From Octopus sinensis (taxonomy: Eukaryota), in assembly GCF_006345805.1 (NCBI RefSeq), contig NC_042999.1, positions 36,270,001 through 36,334,000 on the forward strand: DNA of 64,000 nt. The letters run 5' to 3'. Each line of letters begins with the position of its first letter. Position 1 is the first letter of the stretch. Positions 26,326 to 40,599 of the stretch are shown here, piece after piece. The notes under the pieces were generated by a model. That model was not told the DNA's origin and did no database searches. It saw only the letters and a program-made list of their open reading frames with translations. Position numbers and translations under genes: made by a program.

Positions 26326-27934
26326 TACATCAACTCCAGTACTTGGCTGGTGTTTTAATTTATGAATGAAAGCCACTGTTGACCTCACTGTGATTTGAAC
26401 CCATAATGCAGATAATCAGAACAAATATGGCTTAACAACAGAGATGTAAGTAGTGACTATATGCTACAGGAAAGAGAAAAAGACACTTAAACTCTGCTAC
26501 AACAATAATGATGTCTCTAATTCCAACAGTAATATTCTGAAACTGAGCTTTTTATAAAATATCAAGATAAAGGAAATCTTTAATAATTTATGCCTCGTTA
26601 AAGAAACCTATGATTGTAATTAAGTTTGTTGCAAAACTATGTAGTTTCAGTTTCAGTCCCAGTGCACAAGACCTTAGGCAAATGTCTTCTACCATAGACT
26701 CAGGCTGACCAGTGCCTCATGAGTGAATTTATTAAGTAATGGAAACTGCACAGAAACCTGTTGTGTGTGCCTTACTGCTTGGTAACTGGTACAGGTTTGT
26801 TGTGGCCGTTGCCAGCCTACCCTGGCACCTGTGCCGGTAGCATGTAAAAAGCACCATCATTATGTGGCCAATGCCAGCGCCGCCTTGACTGGCTTCCGTG
26901 TCGGTGGCACGTAAAAAGCACCAACCGGCCGTTGCCAGCCTCTCCTGGCACCTGTGCCAGTGGCACGTAAAAAGCACCCACTACACTCATGGAGTGGTTG
27001 GCGTTAGGAAGGGCATCCAGCTGTAGAAACACTGCCAGATCAGACTGGAGCCTGGTGCAGCCTTCTGGCTTCCCAGACCCCAGTCGAACCGTCCAACCAA
27101 TGCTAGCATGGAAAACGGATGTTAAACGATGATGATGAAGACTTAGCAGTTCAGCAAAGTTGGTGTTTTGGGAGAAAATATTGCAGTATTTGATCAAGCT
27201 CTTTGTGTTCTGTGTTAAAGTCCATCCTACCACTTAGCATGAAGTAGAAACACCTGTTTGTCAATCAGATACATTGAGTTGAGTAGTGTTACATGCTGTT
27301 CTCAAGATTATAATAACATAATAAAAAATAATAATACTATGAAACAAATTTAAATTGATACTAGGACACCTCCTGCAATGATACTACTCCCTCAGTTGAA
27401 GAGATAGTCTTGCAAGTTATTTGGTGACCTCACTGGTGCTGGTGCCATGTAAAAAGCATGCAGAACACTCTGTAAAGTGGTTGGTGTTAAGAAAGGAATG
27501 CAGCTATAGAAACCATGCCAAAGCAGATGTTGGTACTCAGTGCAGTCCTCTGGCTTGCCATCTCCTGATGAACCATCCCACCCATGCAAGCATGAAAAAC
27601 AGACATTAAATGATGATGGTCATAAATATATGGGGAAGGGGCAAAGTCAATGAAACTGACCCCCATCCACTATATGATATCACTATATGACCAGTACCAT
27701 TTTAACAACCCCCATGGAATGAAACACAAAGTCAGTCTTTGGAATTTGAATTCAGATGGTCTAGCAATATCATAATTCTATCACATTTAGCCATAATGAT
27801 ATTACAATCTTTAACAACAGTAGTAGGAGCAAAAGATAACATTCACTGAAATCCCAAGCAGCCTATCCTGATAAAAAGGGGTTAAAGTTAGGAACTATTT
27901 TCTAACACCAACTTACACAGGTGTCACATTAGTT

Positions 27935-29087
27935 AATGGATACAGCTAAACGGATGCAGTTGGATAGACAGAGAGAGGTAAATGAGTGTATAGGCAAGAG
28001 ATATGGAGAGAAAAAAAATAGATGGACAGAAAGATGGATAAATAGGTAGACGGAGAGACAGACAGATGGATGGATGAACAGATACACAGACTGACCAACA
28101 GACAGACAGATGGATGAGTAGACAGGTGGATAGATGGACAGACAGACAGTTGGACAGATGGATGAATGGTTAACTGGACGGTTGGAGAGACAGACTGATG
28201 GACTAAAGGACAGACAAACAGAGGGATTGACAGACAAATGGATGGACAGATGAAGAGGCAGATGGACAGACAGACAGGCAGACGGATAGACAAACAGGTG
28301 AATGGACAGAGAGATAGGCAAATAGATGGATGGATAGACTGATAGATGGTCAGATATATGAATGGATGGATAGATAGACAAATGGACAAATAAAGACGGA
28401 TGGACAGACAGATAGAGACAGGTGGCTGGATAGACAGACAGACTAAATGATGGAGGGACAGACAGATGAAAGGACTGATGGAAAGATGGACAGATAGACA
28501 GACAGACGAACAGATGAAAAGATGGATAGACAGATAGTCAGACAGATGAACAAATGAAAAAATGGATGGACAGACAAATAGATGAACAGATGGAAAGACG
28601 GACAGATAGATAGATGGACGGACAGATAGATAGATGGACAGACAAACAGATGAATGAATGGATGGACAGACAAACAGATGAATGAATGGATGGACAGACA
28701 GATAGACAGATAGATGGACAGTCAGACGAAAGGACAGATAAGCAGCCAGATGGATGGACAGATGGAGGGATAGATAGATGGATGGAAAGAGAGATGAATA
28801 GAGAATAGATTGACAAATGAACAAACAGATGGATGGATAGATGGAGGTATGACTAGACAGACTGTCAGATGGCTGAATGAACAAATGGGTGGATGGACAG
28901 ATAGGCAGACAGACAGACAGATAAGTGGGCATAGAAATGAAAGGACAGATGGATGGATGGAGAGAAAATCAATAGATAGCTGGATGGACAGATAGATGCA
29001 TAGATAGATAGATAAATGCATGGATGAACATATGGGTGAATGGATGGATAGACAGACAGAAAAACAAATAGATCAGTGCATGGATAA

Positions 29088-29133
<46 letters not shown>

Positions 29134-29850
29134 GGATAGATGGATAGATAGATAGATGGATGGATAGACATGGGTGAATGGATAAATGGAAAGACTTAAC
29201 ATACAGATAGATATGAACAGAGAGATAGATGTATGAATAGACAGACAGGTAGATGCATGTAGAAAGATATATATAAATGAAGAGATAGACAGATGAACGT
29301 ATAGACAGACAATCAAACAGAAAAATAGACAAGCAGAAAGATAGATGGATGGTTAAGTGTAAAAACATACTGATTGACAGATAGTCATATAGATAGATAG
29401 ATAGCTGCTCAGACAAATGGAAGGATGAATCGACTTAGAGATAAATGAACAGATAGACATAGATAGATGAATGTACAGACAGATATAGACAGGTAGATAT
29501 GCAGGATGGATGGATGGATGAATGATCCGATGATTGGACAGACAGGCAGGTGGATAAATGAATGGATTGGATGGGTAGACAGATGGATGGCAAAACAGAC
29601 AAGGTATACTGATAGGCATGTATACAGAGATGGATGAAGAGACAAGAAGACAGAAGCATGGATGGTTGAACAGGTAGACAGACTGATGAATAGCTGGATG
29701 GATGGTTGAGCAGACAGATAGGCAATTCGATGGATAGACAGGCAGAGAGGAAGTAGAAAGAAAGATGGATAGATATACAGATGATGAAAAAAAAAAATGG
29801 GATGGCTGGATAGTCAGATGATTAATGAATAAAGCATACAGATAGATTGA
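27935..29850. repeat. About 1.9-kb degenerate (GATA/GACA/GGAT)n tetranucleotide mosaic
   Basis: Continuous GAYR-type 4-mer periodicity; source of the SIHPSICLS ORFs. Confidence 0.95.
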
Positions 29851-30249
29851 TACTTAGTAAGAGAGCAGCACTCATAACAATGCAAATCCTCCAAGAGTGA
29901 TGAAATCAATGCTGTTGATGTTTAGCTTGGTCTTGTGTAAAGCCAAGTTCTGAAGGAAAAGCATGCATGAGGAGGTGATTTTTGTAGTTCTGGAGAGGGC
30001 TTCTTGTATAAAATGTTTAATTTGGAATCTAATATAGGTGATAAGATACACTAGGGGTGATATGTTGATAGGTGGGTATACTGGGTAGGATTGGGGGCGA
30101 TTGGTGAGCAGTTTGGGTGTCCAGAAGTGGAGATCATTGTAATGGTGAAACATGAGGCAAAGAGAAATAACAGAAAACCTGAAAGCCAGTGGTTGTGATG
30201 GATTGATGGATGGGCAGATAGACAAAAGGATGGCAACATAGATGGAAAA

Positions 30250-30555
30250 ATAGTAGTGCCCTTGACCAGCTCAAGGCCACTTTCCTTCGCTGCCCCATTG
30301 ACCCAAATACCTGTGAGACAAATGCCAAGAACTGTCCAATGGGGCAGCATGTCATCACTGAGGGAATGGACCAGATGGAAAAAAAGCTGTCAAGAGGGAG
30401 AGTCACAAAGAGTGACTTGCACTTCCTTGCCCCACTCCTTCCCCCATCTCTTCTATACCACCCTTTGCCTGAACAGCCACCTTAGATACCAGCACCCTTC
30501 ACACCCATCAGGATGAAGAGGCTCAATCACTCGCTACAGATTAACTACTCAGATA
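30250..30555 (+). mobile_element. Old RTE-BovB-like 3' fragment
   Basis: Remnant reading DQLKATFLRCPIDPNTCETNAKNC..VITEGMDQME, resembling the BovB-type ORF end. Confidence 0.5.
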
Positions 30556-33500
30556 TGAGTTGATGCTGATGTGATAGATTAGATGTATGATTAGACATAG
30601 AGAGAAAATTGCTGAACTATGGATGGATAGATAGACAGAATCATTATATTAGTATGAAGTAGAGGAAGAAAAAGCACCATCCAAGAGTTATAAGCCTTTG
30701 CCAATCAGCCAAATAGTAGGTAATATATTTATAGAGGTTATACTAAGTTTGTAAACAGTCAGCAACAGATCAGAACTAAAATATTTCCTTATCCTGAAAA
30801 GAAAGCAGTTTCAGGAACAACTGTATACATGAAGTTACCATGAAATATGATCAGGATTTGAATGTCTATGACCATAGGTTCTGCTTAAATAGGCCTGCCC
30901 TGAGGTTAAACAACAAGCAGAAATTCTGGAGTCTAGCACTTGTAATGAATCTAAGGTGCTGAGTTATGTGTTGTTCATGTCTAAGGAGAGTATACTGTAA
31001 GGGTAAAGACCCCTTTGGTGATGAATGCCCATGGGATTGCACATAGAAAGTTACTCTCTGAGGCACAAGTCTGGGCAAAGTTGTTTGTGGAAGACCAGCA
31101 TTCACTCAAGCATACCAGCCTCCCCTCTCTATACCACCAATGTTATCTAAGGGAAAGGCAAAGGCTGATACAGCATGGCAAATCTCATTCTACAGCTGAG
31201 TGAACTGGAGCAATGTGAAATAAAGTGTCTTGCTCAAGAACACAACACACAGCCCGGTCCAGGAATTGAACACACTACCTCATGATCATGAACCCAATGC
31301 TCTAACCACTAGCCAGGAACCTTTGCAACCTTGCTCAGATTTGTGCTTTGAAAGGAAACTTTCTAGTCCCATAGTCATTCATGACTGAAAGGGGTCTTTA
31401 GCCATAGTGCACGAGTTGTTTTATTGATATATATAGTAATTGTGTCACTATATGTATAGTGATTTTAATGTCTCTGACCATGAAGAATCATACATACAGG
31501 GATGTATGCAGTTACAAATGATTACAAGCAAATTATTAAATGCACAGCAAGACTAATGTGAGAAGCATAGCAAATCTTGGTCTACTATAACGAGTAGAGT
31601 AGTTTTAATAGGCAGACAGATATACATATAGATGGCTGGATATATAAATATAAACAGACAAACAGATAGATAGGCAGACATATTGATGGATAGACAGATA
31701 CAAATAGCAATGAGACAGATAGTCAGCTAAGGCAGACAGTCATAAAGACATGCAGTTGGAAAGACAGAGAATTTGAGAGAAAGAGAGCAGGAACAGAAAT
31801 ATATATAGACACCTACACAAGATCCCACAAGTCCTCATCAGAAGCTATTAGTTTTGGAAGTGAATGTTACATGTCTGAGAACATGCATAGATTCAGATCA
31901 TGTATCAAATTACCCCTACCAAATGTGTGAGTAAAAAACAGCTACACATGCACAGTGTACTTGTTATACTTGCACAGAGCAACAGATTGATGGAGGTGAG
32001 AAAATTAGATTTTCTAGTGTTCATGTCTACCTCAGGTGCATTAGAAACAAATGTAGAGTTGCTTTTTTTTTAATCTTGTAATCAGAAGAGAAGGGCACCC
32101 AATGACCTTTTTTCACAAGGCTTCTGTGATTGTTGGGGGGAAAAAAAGAAAGGGATACTCGACATGAATAAAAAATATTTAAGTGTAAATATCAAAACAT
32201 GCAAGCTTCCTAGGCACACCCAACAATTTTGTGAGTCACTCTGAATTTGCTAAGGCAGTATGATGAGAGGGAGAAAAGTGAGATCTGGCCAGAATGCCAG
32301 CAAGAAAGGGGATTCTACTAAAGCATGTAAGTGCCAAATGGATTAAATAAAGATGGATTAAATCTACCATTCAAATTGGTCACAGCAAGATTTGAATAAA
32401 AGATGCAAAGAGCTGGATAAAATACAGCAAAGCAACCAGTTTGACATTTTTACAGATCTGCCAGTCCACCGTCCAGGGATGGTATCTATTTTTTTTTAGC
32501 AAGCTGAAAGGATGAAAGGCGAAGATCACCTCAGCAGGTTTTGAGCAGAGTGCAGAGAATCAGAACAAATGCTGCAAGGTATTCTGTCTGATGCCCTAAC
32601 GACTATGCCAACTCACAGGGACTCAGAATTAGCTCTCATTTTTTCCCTCTCTCTCTACCGTTCACTTACACACACACACACACAGCTAACCAGATGGTTA
32701 CAATAGTTAATCAAAAACCATCAACCATAGCAAGGCTGGATATATAAAACATTTAGGCATGGCTTTCAGATACTAGTTGCTGTTTAGCCCCCAGATAAGT
32801 TCTGATCAAGCAGACTTATGACCAAACATGTTCCAGTCTTTCCCATCTCATTTTATTCACTAAGAACGACGTTCTTTCATTCTTTTCCCACTGTGTCCCT
32901 CTTTACCAAAGATGTTAAGATGTGGTTTTGGAGAAATTTGGCTGCCATTTCTAGCAGGTTGGACAACCACATGGAGCTCCCTCATTGCTTCATTGTAATA
33001 ATCTTAGTCATATGCAGACATACATTAAATTTCACACGCTTCTACCATAAATATCTACAGCTATCTCATGCTTTTATACTAGAAAACATCAATACACATA
33101 CAATCACTCATATACATGTGCACATAATCACTCATACACACACACACACACACACACATACACAAACATGCACACAAATCCAATTGATGAACCATCAGCA
33201 CGAAATGGTGGAAAGGCAGACTCAACTTTGGCAATATTTTCAATTCAAAACAGTGAAGCAGTGAACCAGATAATGCAAAGTATTTCCATTGCCAAGAAAA
33301 CAAAAACAAAAAAAAAACATTAATGGACTCTGCTTTTGTTCATAAAATAATTTTGATTATTTTAGCTGAGGCTTTTGTATTTTGTAGTTTTTTTTCCCCC
33401 CCCTCATTTACAATTTACACCACCAATACCTTTATAAAAGGTATGATTGCCACAACATCCATTTCTACAAAGGCTAAAATTACATTATACATTTTGTCAT

Positions 33501-33832
33501 ATTTATAAAAGTAATAAATGCAGAGACAGAGAGAGAGAGAGAGAGAGAGAGTCAGGCAGGCAGAATGAGAGAGAACAGGAGATAATCAGTTACTGAATGT
33601 AAGAGCCAAAAGTAGCCGAGGGGAAGAGAAAGAGTGAATGAGAAAGAAAGAGACAGACAGAAAATGGAAGGAAGAAAAGACAAAAGGGAAAGATTTACTA
33701 TGTGTAATAGTCCATCATCATGACTTAGTAAATGGTAAAAGAGAGGCAGTTAGTGTTAGAGAAGGGTTGAAAAATCAGAGGTGTCGTTATTGTCATTTTA
33801 ACATGCTAGCATAGATAAACCAGCTCAGCAAC

Positions 33833-33884
<52 letters not shown>

Positions 33885-33919
33885 AATGTGTGTATTTTTC
33901 CCTTGTTAACAATATATCA

Positions 33920-33967
<48 letters not shown>

Positions 33968-34238
33968 TCACGGAGTGGTTGGCGTTAGGAAGGGCATCAA
34001 GCTGTAGAAACATTGCCAGATCAGACTGGGCCTGATGCAGCCTTCCGACTTCACAGACCCCAGTTGAACCGTCCAACCCATGCTAGCATGGAAAACGGAC
34101 GCTAAACGATGATGATGATGATATATATATATATATATCGGTGCAGGCATGGCTGTATGATTAAGAAGCTCAGCTTTGCAACCATGTGGCTTTGTGTTTA
34201 GTTTCACTGCACAGCACTTTGAGTAAGTATATCTATAG

Positions 34239-34457
34239 CAGTGATTTTCAACCAGGGTTCCACGGAACCTTAGGGTTCCGCCAGTACAGTCCAGGGGTTC
34301 AGTAAGAAGTTACAAAACTGCTAAAATCGACAGAAATTTTTTAAAATCCTGTGCAGATATGTGTGCATAAGACTATTAAATTATTGCACAGGGGTTCCCC
34401 GAGCCAGTGGAATGTTTCCTTGGGGTTCCGCTCCAGCAAAAAGTTTGAAAACCACTG
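34239..34457 (+). mobile_element. hAT MITE nested in a SINE
   Basis: TIRs CAGTGATTTTCAA / TTGAAAACCACTG; TSD ATCTATAG / ATCTATAC. Confidence 0.85.
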
Positions 34458-34768
34458 ATCTATACTATAAGCACCAGGGTGACCAATGACTTGAGAGTGA
34501 ATTTGGTAGATGGAATCAGTGTGGAATCCTGTTGTGTGTATGTGCATGTGTGATTGTCCCACTTGACAACCAATGTTGGTCTGTTTTAAGTTTTAGTAAC
34601 TTGGCAGTTCAGATAAAGAGATTCATAAAATAAGTACCAGGCTTAAAATAATATGTACTAGGGGTCAATTTGCAACTAAACCCTTCAAAGCAGTGCCCCA
34701 GCATGGCCACCGTCAAATGACAGATACAAGTAAAAGATAGAAAATATAGCTATATATCTTTTATGCAT

Positions 34769-34799
<31 letters not shown>

Positions 34800-36944
34800 C
34801 CATGTTCTTTTCTTTCTGTCTTAGTGTCACTGAGATGTGAATTAATTTTTGAGGTGGGATTTTAACAGCCAAGAAGCCTTCCTCTCACAAATACTCACTT
34901 GCTTTTCAGGTAAGCATTTTTATTTATATTCCACAGGTGTTAAGTGCAGAGCAAGCTATCATGTCAGTATGTCGACATCAGTACTGCTTTGCTCCAAAAG
35001 TGACAAGCAAATTATCAACATTCATGCACTTTTCCCACCAGTATGCATGCATGCATGTATGTATGTATTTATGTATGTATGTGTGTGTGTGTGCATATGT
35101 ATGTGTATATATATATCTACACATCACATACATACACAATAGGCTTAACAGAGTTTCCATCAAATTCATTCACTGGGCATTGGTCAACAAGGGGCAATAG
35201 TAGAAAACACTTGCCCAAGATGTTGTGTGCCGTACAATAGGACTGACCTCAAAACCACATGGTTGCAAAGTGAACTTCTAATGCACACAGACTTGCCTGT
35301 GCTGATATATATGATATAGGTGTACATATGTATATTACTGTGTGGGTGTGTATATATAACATCATCATTATTATTATTTAACATCCACTGTCTGAGCTGA
35401 CATGGTTTGGATGGTTTGACAGGGAAATGGCAAGCTGCAGGGGCATGTCAAGTACCACTGTCATCTCTGGCATGGTTTCTAAGGCTGGATGCCATTCCTG
35501 ATAACAACTACTTCACAGTGTGTACTGGGTGCTATTTTTGTACCATTGGCACTCGTAAAATTGTCATGTAATGTACAAGACAGAAAAGAATAATGAAAAA
35601 AAGGAGGGGCAAAAAAAGGTCACACTCATCATCATCATCGTTTAGCGTCCGCTTTCCATGCTAGCATGGGTTGGACGGTTCAACTGGGGTCTGGGAAGCC
35701 AGAAGGCTACACCAGGCCCAGTCTGATCTGGCAATGTTTCTACGGCTGGATGCCCTTCCTAACACCAACCACTCTGTGAGTGTAGTGGGCGCTTTTTACG
35801 TGCCAGACGAGGCTGGCAAATGGCCATGATTGGATGGTGCTTTTTACGTGCCACTGGCACGGCGTGCCAAAAATATTTAAGAGTGGATGGTGGAGGTGGG
35901 TGGCTTTATGCCAGGTATAGAAAGACTAAAAGTTGGACAGAGAGACAAGCAAAGGTGTCTTGCTATAGAGAAGATACATGGCTGAAGGAGAAAAAGGATT
36001 GTAGTGGTAGGATGCTGGAGCAAACTCTCAGTATATATGCATATGCATGGACTGGATTGGACTGCCTATGTTCAGTCCACTGCAGGACGAAGGCCTCAGC
36101 ATGTTCTCTCCAATCACGGTTTGATGTGGAAGCCATGAATTTGAACTAGATATCATACTGGTTTGAGTTCATTCTGCCACACAGCTTCACATGGGTTGGC
36201 AGAGGGGTACCAATGGACATCTAGTTTTATAGATTTCGACCCTGTTGACTTCATCCTGAGTTCAGTTACCATTTGAAGCTATTGCTAATGCTTTTCATGA
36301 GAACTAATGTCACACAGTTCCAATTCTCCATTCTGCCCATCTTTATCTTGTGCCTATGTAAGAACTTGCTTCAATTTCATTTTCTTTCTCAATATCTTTG
36401 AAGAAATATGCTCCTTTTCTGGATAAATATTAAGATGGCCACTTGACCACTTTGTTAACATCAGAGATAATATATATACATCACTGCGAGCTGGCAGAAA
36501 CGTTAGCACGCCGGGCGAAATGCGTAGCCGTATTTCATCTGCCGTTACGTTCTGTGTTCAAATGCCGCCAAGGTCGACTTTGTCTTTCATCCTTTCGGGG
36601 TCGATTAAATAAGTACCAGTTATGCACTGGGGTCGATGTAATCGACTTTCTCTTTGTCTGACCTTGTTTGTCCCCTCTATGTTTAGCCCCTTGTGGGTAG
36701 TAAAGAAATATATATACATCACTTTATGTCCACTAACAGTTGCAAGAATGGCAATGGCTACACACCGTAAACCAAGTGGTTTCAGGTTCATTCCCACTGC
36801 ATAGTACTTTTGTGAGTGAAATTGTGTAATAGAAACTGTATGGAAGCCTGCCATACATATATATGTGTATGTGTGTGTTTTTGTTTTTCCTATTTGTCTT
36901 GATGCAGTTTATGTACTGCTTAAAAATGATGTCAGTGTATAGGC

Positions 36945-37145
36945 CAGTGCTTTTCAAACTTTTTGCTGGAGCGGAACCCCAGGGAAACATTCCACTGGCT
37001 TGAGGAACCCCTGTGCAATAATTTAATAGTCTTATGCACACATATCTGCACAGGAGAATTAAAAATTACTGCCGATTTTAGCAGTTTTGTAACTTCTTGT
37101 GGAACCCATGGACTGTACTGGCGGAACCCTGGCTGAAAACCACTG
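36945..37145 (-). mobile_element. hAT MITE (same family as 34239 and 46963)
   Basis: TIRs CAGTGCTTTTCA / TGAAAACCACTG; perfect 8-bp TSD GTATAGGC. Confidence 0.9.
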
Positions 37146-37736
37146 GTATAGGCAGTCATTTGTGTCTGCTCTAAAGTTGGCAAGCTAGTAGAACAATAAC
37201 TATACTGAACAAAATGCTTAGGAGCATTTCTTTCAGCTGTTTATAATTCGGAGTTCAAAGATCAATTAGGTCAAATTTGCTTTTCATATTTTCAAGGTCA
37301 ATAAAAAAGTACCAGTTGAGCACTGGGATCAATGTAATTAATTTCCCCCTCCCTTCAAAAGTTACTGGCCTTGTGCCAAAATTAGAAAGAATTTATGTTT
37401 GCTACAAAAATGTCTTCCTCCTACCAACTTCACTAGTTTCCAAGCAAAGTAATATTTCCCCATGCCTCGACATATTTTCATGGAAGATTGGAAACAAACA
37501 ACACTGCATGTATGACAGTGACATTTGTTTACAACTATCATGTGATGTCAAGACAAATAGACACAGATAATGACAGGCTTCTTTCAGTCTCCATCTGCTA
37601 AATTCACTCAGAAGAATTTGGTCAACCTGAGGAGATAGAAGACAGTTCCCCAAGATGCCATGCAGTCAGACTGGACCCAAAACTACCTGGTTGAGAAGCA
37701 GACTTCTTTACACAGCCATACCATTATATATATATA

Positions 37737-38230
37737 TTTTTTTCAATGGCGGCCCATTTCCGCGGGGTTCCGCTATATCCCTTCTCTCTCTCTCTCTTTT
37801 ACGCTGTCTGCCATCCCCCCTCTTCCTTTGCTAAGAGCATTTTTAAGCCAGCCCGTCATATTCCCGTGTCAGGCCGAAGAACGAAATGTTCCCAAGATAA
37901 GAGAGTCTTTCTAATCTAATGTTGTGGTTGAGCTGTTATTATTTATTTATTATTACTACTATCATTATTAGTATTAGTATTGTCCCTTTGATCCTCGGTC
38001 GAAAATTTGCTTATTATTATTATTATTGTTGTTATTATTATTATTATTATTACTATTTTCAGCTTCGCCTCGTATTGCATATTATTTCTCCATACAGGGG
38101 TTTTTTTCAATGGCGGCCCATTTCCGCGGGGTTCCGCTATATCCCTTCTCTCTCTCTCTCTTTTACGCTGTCTGCCATCCCCCCTCTTCCTTTGCTAAGA
38201 GCATTTTTAAGCCAGCCCGTCATATTCCCG
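37737..38230. repeat. Direct repeat of about 130 bp (37737-37867 and 38101-38230), CpG-rich, unassigned
   Basis: Identical TTTTTTTCAATGGCGGCCCATTTCCGCGGGG...GCCAGCCCGTCATATTCCCG blocks separated by an (ATT)n-rich spacer. Confidence 0.85.
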
Positions 38231-38806
38231 GTGCACCCGCCCTTGCCCACCCCCACCACCAATACCGGATATCTCTATATTTTTGCTCCATCTATACCGG
38301 ATGTCGCTTCTCCCACCACCATTATAGGTGTCTACTCTTCGAACACCCCTCTTCAATACGCTATTTCACCATGCATTACCCCTCTCTTGATATCCTACGT
38401 TCTACTTGCCTAGAACCTCTCATAATTTCTCTGAACCACCCCTCCCCACTGGTGCTCCCCTATATTTCTGCCCCCCCCCCCTCATAAAAAAAGCACCATC
38501 CGAACGTGGCCGATGCCAGACCCCTCTGGCACCTGTGCAGGTGGCACGTAAAAAACACCCACTACACTCGCGGAGTGGTTGGCGTTAGGAAGGGCATCCA
38601 GCTGTAGAAACACTGCCAGACTAGACTGGAGCCTGGGGCAGAACCTAGCTCCCCAGACCCCGGTCAAAACCGTCCAACCCGTGCTAGCGCGGAAAACGGA
38701 CGTTAAACGATGATGATGATGATGATGATGATATATATATATATACCCAACAGAGGGACCAGCTATCCGAGTTGATAGTTCCGTAGTAGCTAAGGCAGTT
38801 AGGAGC

Positions 38807-40422
38807 ATGAAGACAGGGAAAGCCCCAGGCCCATCAGGAATTACTGCAGAGATGCTCAAAATATCTGGCAGTGTCGGCTATAACCTAGTCACCCGTATAG
38901 TCAACCAGGTGATACACGAAGGAGTCATACCCAATGACTGGTGTAGCAGCATACTAGTCAACTGCTACAAAGGTAAAGGTGATGCCCTGGATACAAAAAT
39001 TACAGAGGTATCAAGCTGTTGGATCAGGTAATGAAGGTTACGGAGAGGGTCTTAGCCCAACTAATTAGAGAGAGAGTTAGTTTAGATGAGATGCAGTTTG
39101 GGTTTGTCCCAGGGAAAAGCACCACTGATGCTATATTCCTGGTAAGGCAGCTGCAGGAGAAATACCTAGCCAAGGATAAGCCCCTGTACCTGGCTTTTGT
39201 TGACATGGAGAAAGCCTTTGATAGGGTCCCCCGATCCCTCATCTGGTGGTCAATGAGGAAACTAGGGATAGATGAATGGCTGGTGAGGGCTGTGCAAGCC
39301 ATGTACAGAGATGCCGTAAGTAAGGTTAGAGTTGGCAACATGTACACAGAAGAATTCAAAGTAGAGGTTGGGGTCCACCAGGGTTCAGTACTCAGCCCCC
39401 TCCTATTTATCATAGTCCTCCAGGCAATAACGGAGGAATTCAAGACCGGTTGCCCCTGGGAGCTCCTCTATGCTGACGACCTCGCTCTAATCGCTGAGTC
39501 ACTATCAGAACTGGAGGAGAAGTTCCAGGTGTGGAAGGAGGGTTTAGAATCGAGGGGCCTTAGAGTCAACCTAGCTAAAACCAAAGTACTAATAAGTAGA
39601 AAGGTAGAAAACCCACAAATATCATCAGGAAGATGGCCCTGTTCGATCTGTAGAAAAGGTGTAGGTAGAAACTCTATAAGATGTACCCAGTGTAAGCTAT
39701 GGACACATAAGAGGTGCAGCAATGTCAAAGGTAGGCTAACTGGGAAGATAGTTTTTGTATGTGGCAGGTGCTCTGGAGCACTGACCTCCGAAAATCTGCA
39801 GAAAACAACTTCTGTCACTTTCCGGGGGGAAAAACTAGAAGTAGTTGATAGTTTCCGCTATCTAGGTGACCAAGTCAGTAGTGGGGGTGGGTGCGCTGAA
39901 AGTGTAACTGCTAGAATAAGAATAGCCTGGGCAAAGTTTAGGGAGCTCTTACCTCTGCTGGTGACTAAAGGCCTCTCGCTCAGAGTAAAAGGCAGACTGT
40001 ATGATGCATGTGTACGAACAGCTATGCTACATGGCAGTGAAACATGGGCCGTGACTGCTGAGGACATGCGTAAGCTCGTGAGGAACGAAGCCAGTATGCT
40101 CCGATGGATGTGTAATGTCAGTGTACTTACTCGACAGAGCGTTAGTACCTTGAGAGAAATGTTGTACCTAAGAAGCATCAGTTGTTGTGTGCAAGAGAGA
40201 CGATTGCGCTGGTATGGTCATGTGGCGAGAATGGATGAAGAGAGGTGTGTGAGAAAGTGCCAATCCCTAGCAGTTGAGGGAACCCGTGGAAGAGGTAGAC
40301 CCAGGAAAACCTGGGACGAGGTGGTGAAGCACGACCTTCGGACGTTAGGTCTCACCATGGAAATGACTAGAGACCAAGACCTATGGAAGTATGCTGTGCG
40401 TGAGAAGACCCGGCAAGACTAG
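38807..40422 (+). pseudogene. RTE reverse transcriptase (5'-truncated, one frameshift near 38998)
   Basis: ORFs 38807-39031 and 39019-40422 join through NYRGIKLLDQ after a 1-nt shift. Confidence 0.9.
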
Positions 40423-40599
40423 TGAAGCCATAATCCGTGGCCCCTACCTGGGACGTAGTCAGTCCACCTGTGCATACCTTCCTTCTTGTGACACTTGTGA
40501 AGACCTGTTGAGGCAAGTGAGAATCGAATCGTATCAAATCAAATCGAACCAAATCAAAATAGATGAACATCAATGGAATTTGTATCCTTGTGGTACCAG

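Noticed and set aside
27929-29725. 328-aa and other SIHPSICLS-type ORFs
   Set aside because: Stop-free reading of the GATA/GACA/GGAT tetranucleotide mosaic
34900-34975. + strand splice signals (ttttcag|gtaagc, ccacag|GTG..TCA|gtatgt)
   Set aside because: The implied intron is only about 29 nt and no recognisable protein or partner exons were found
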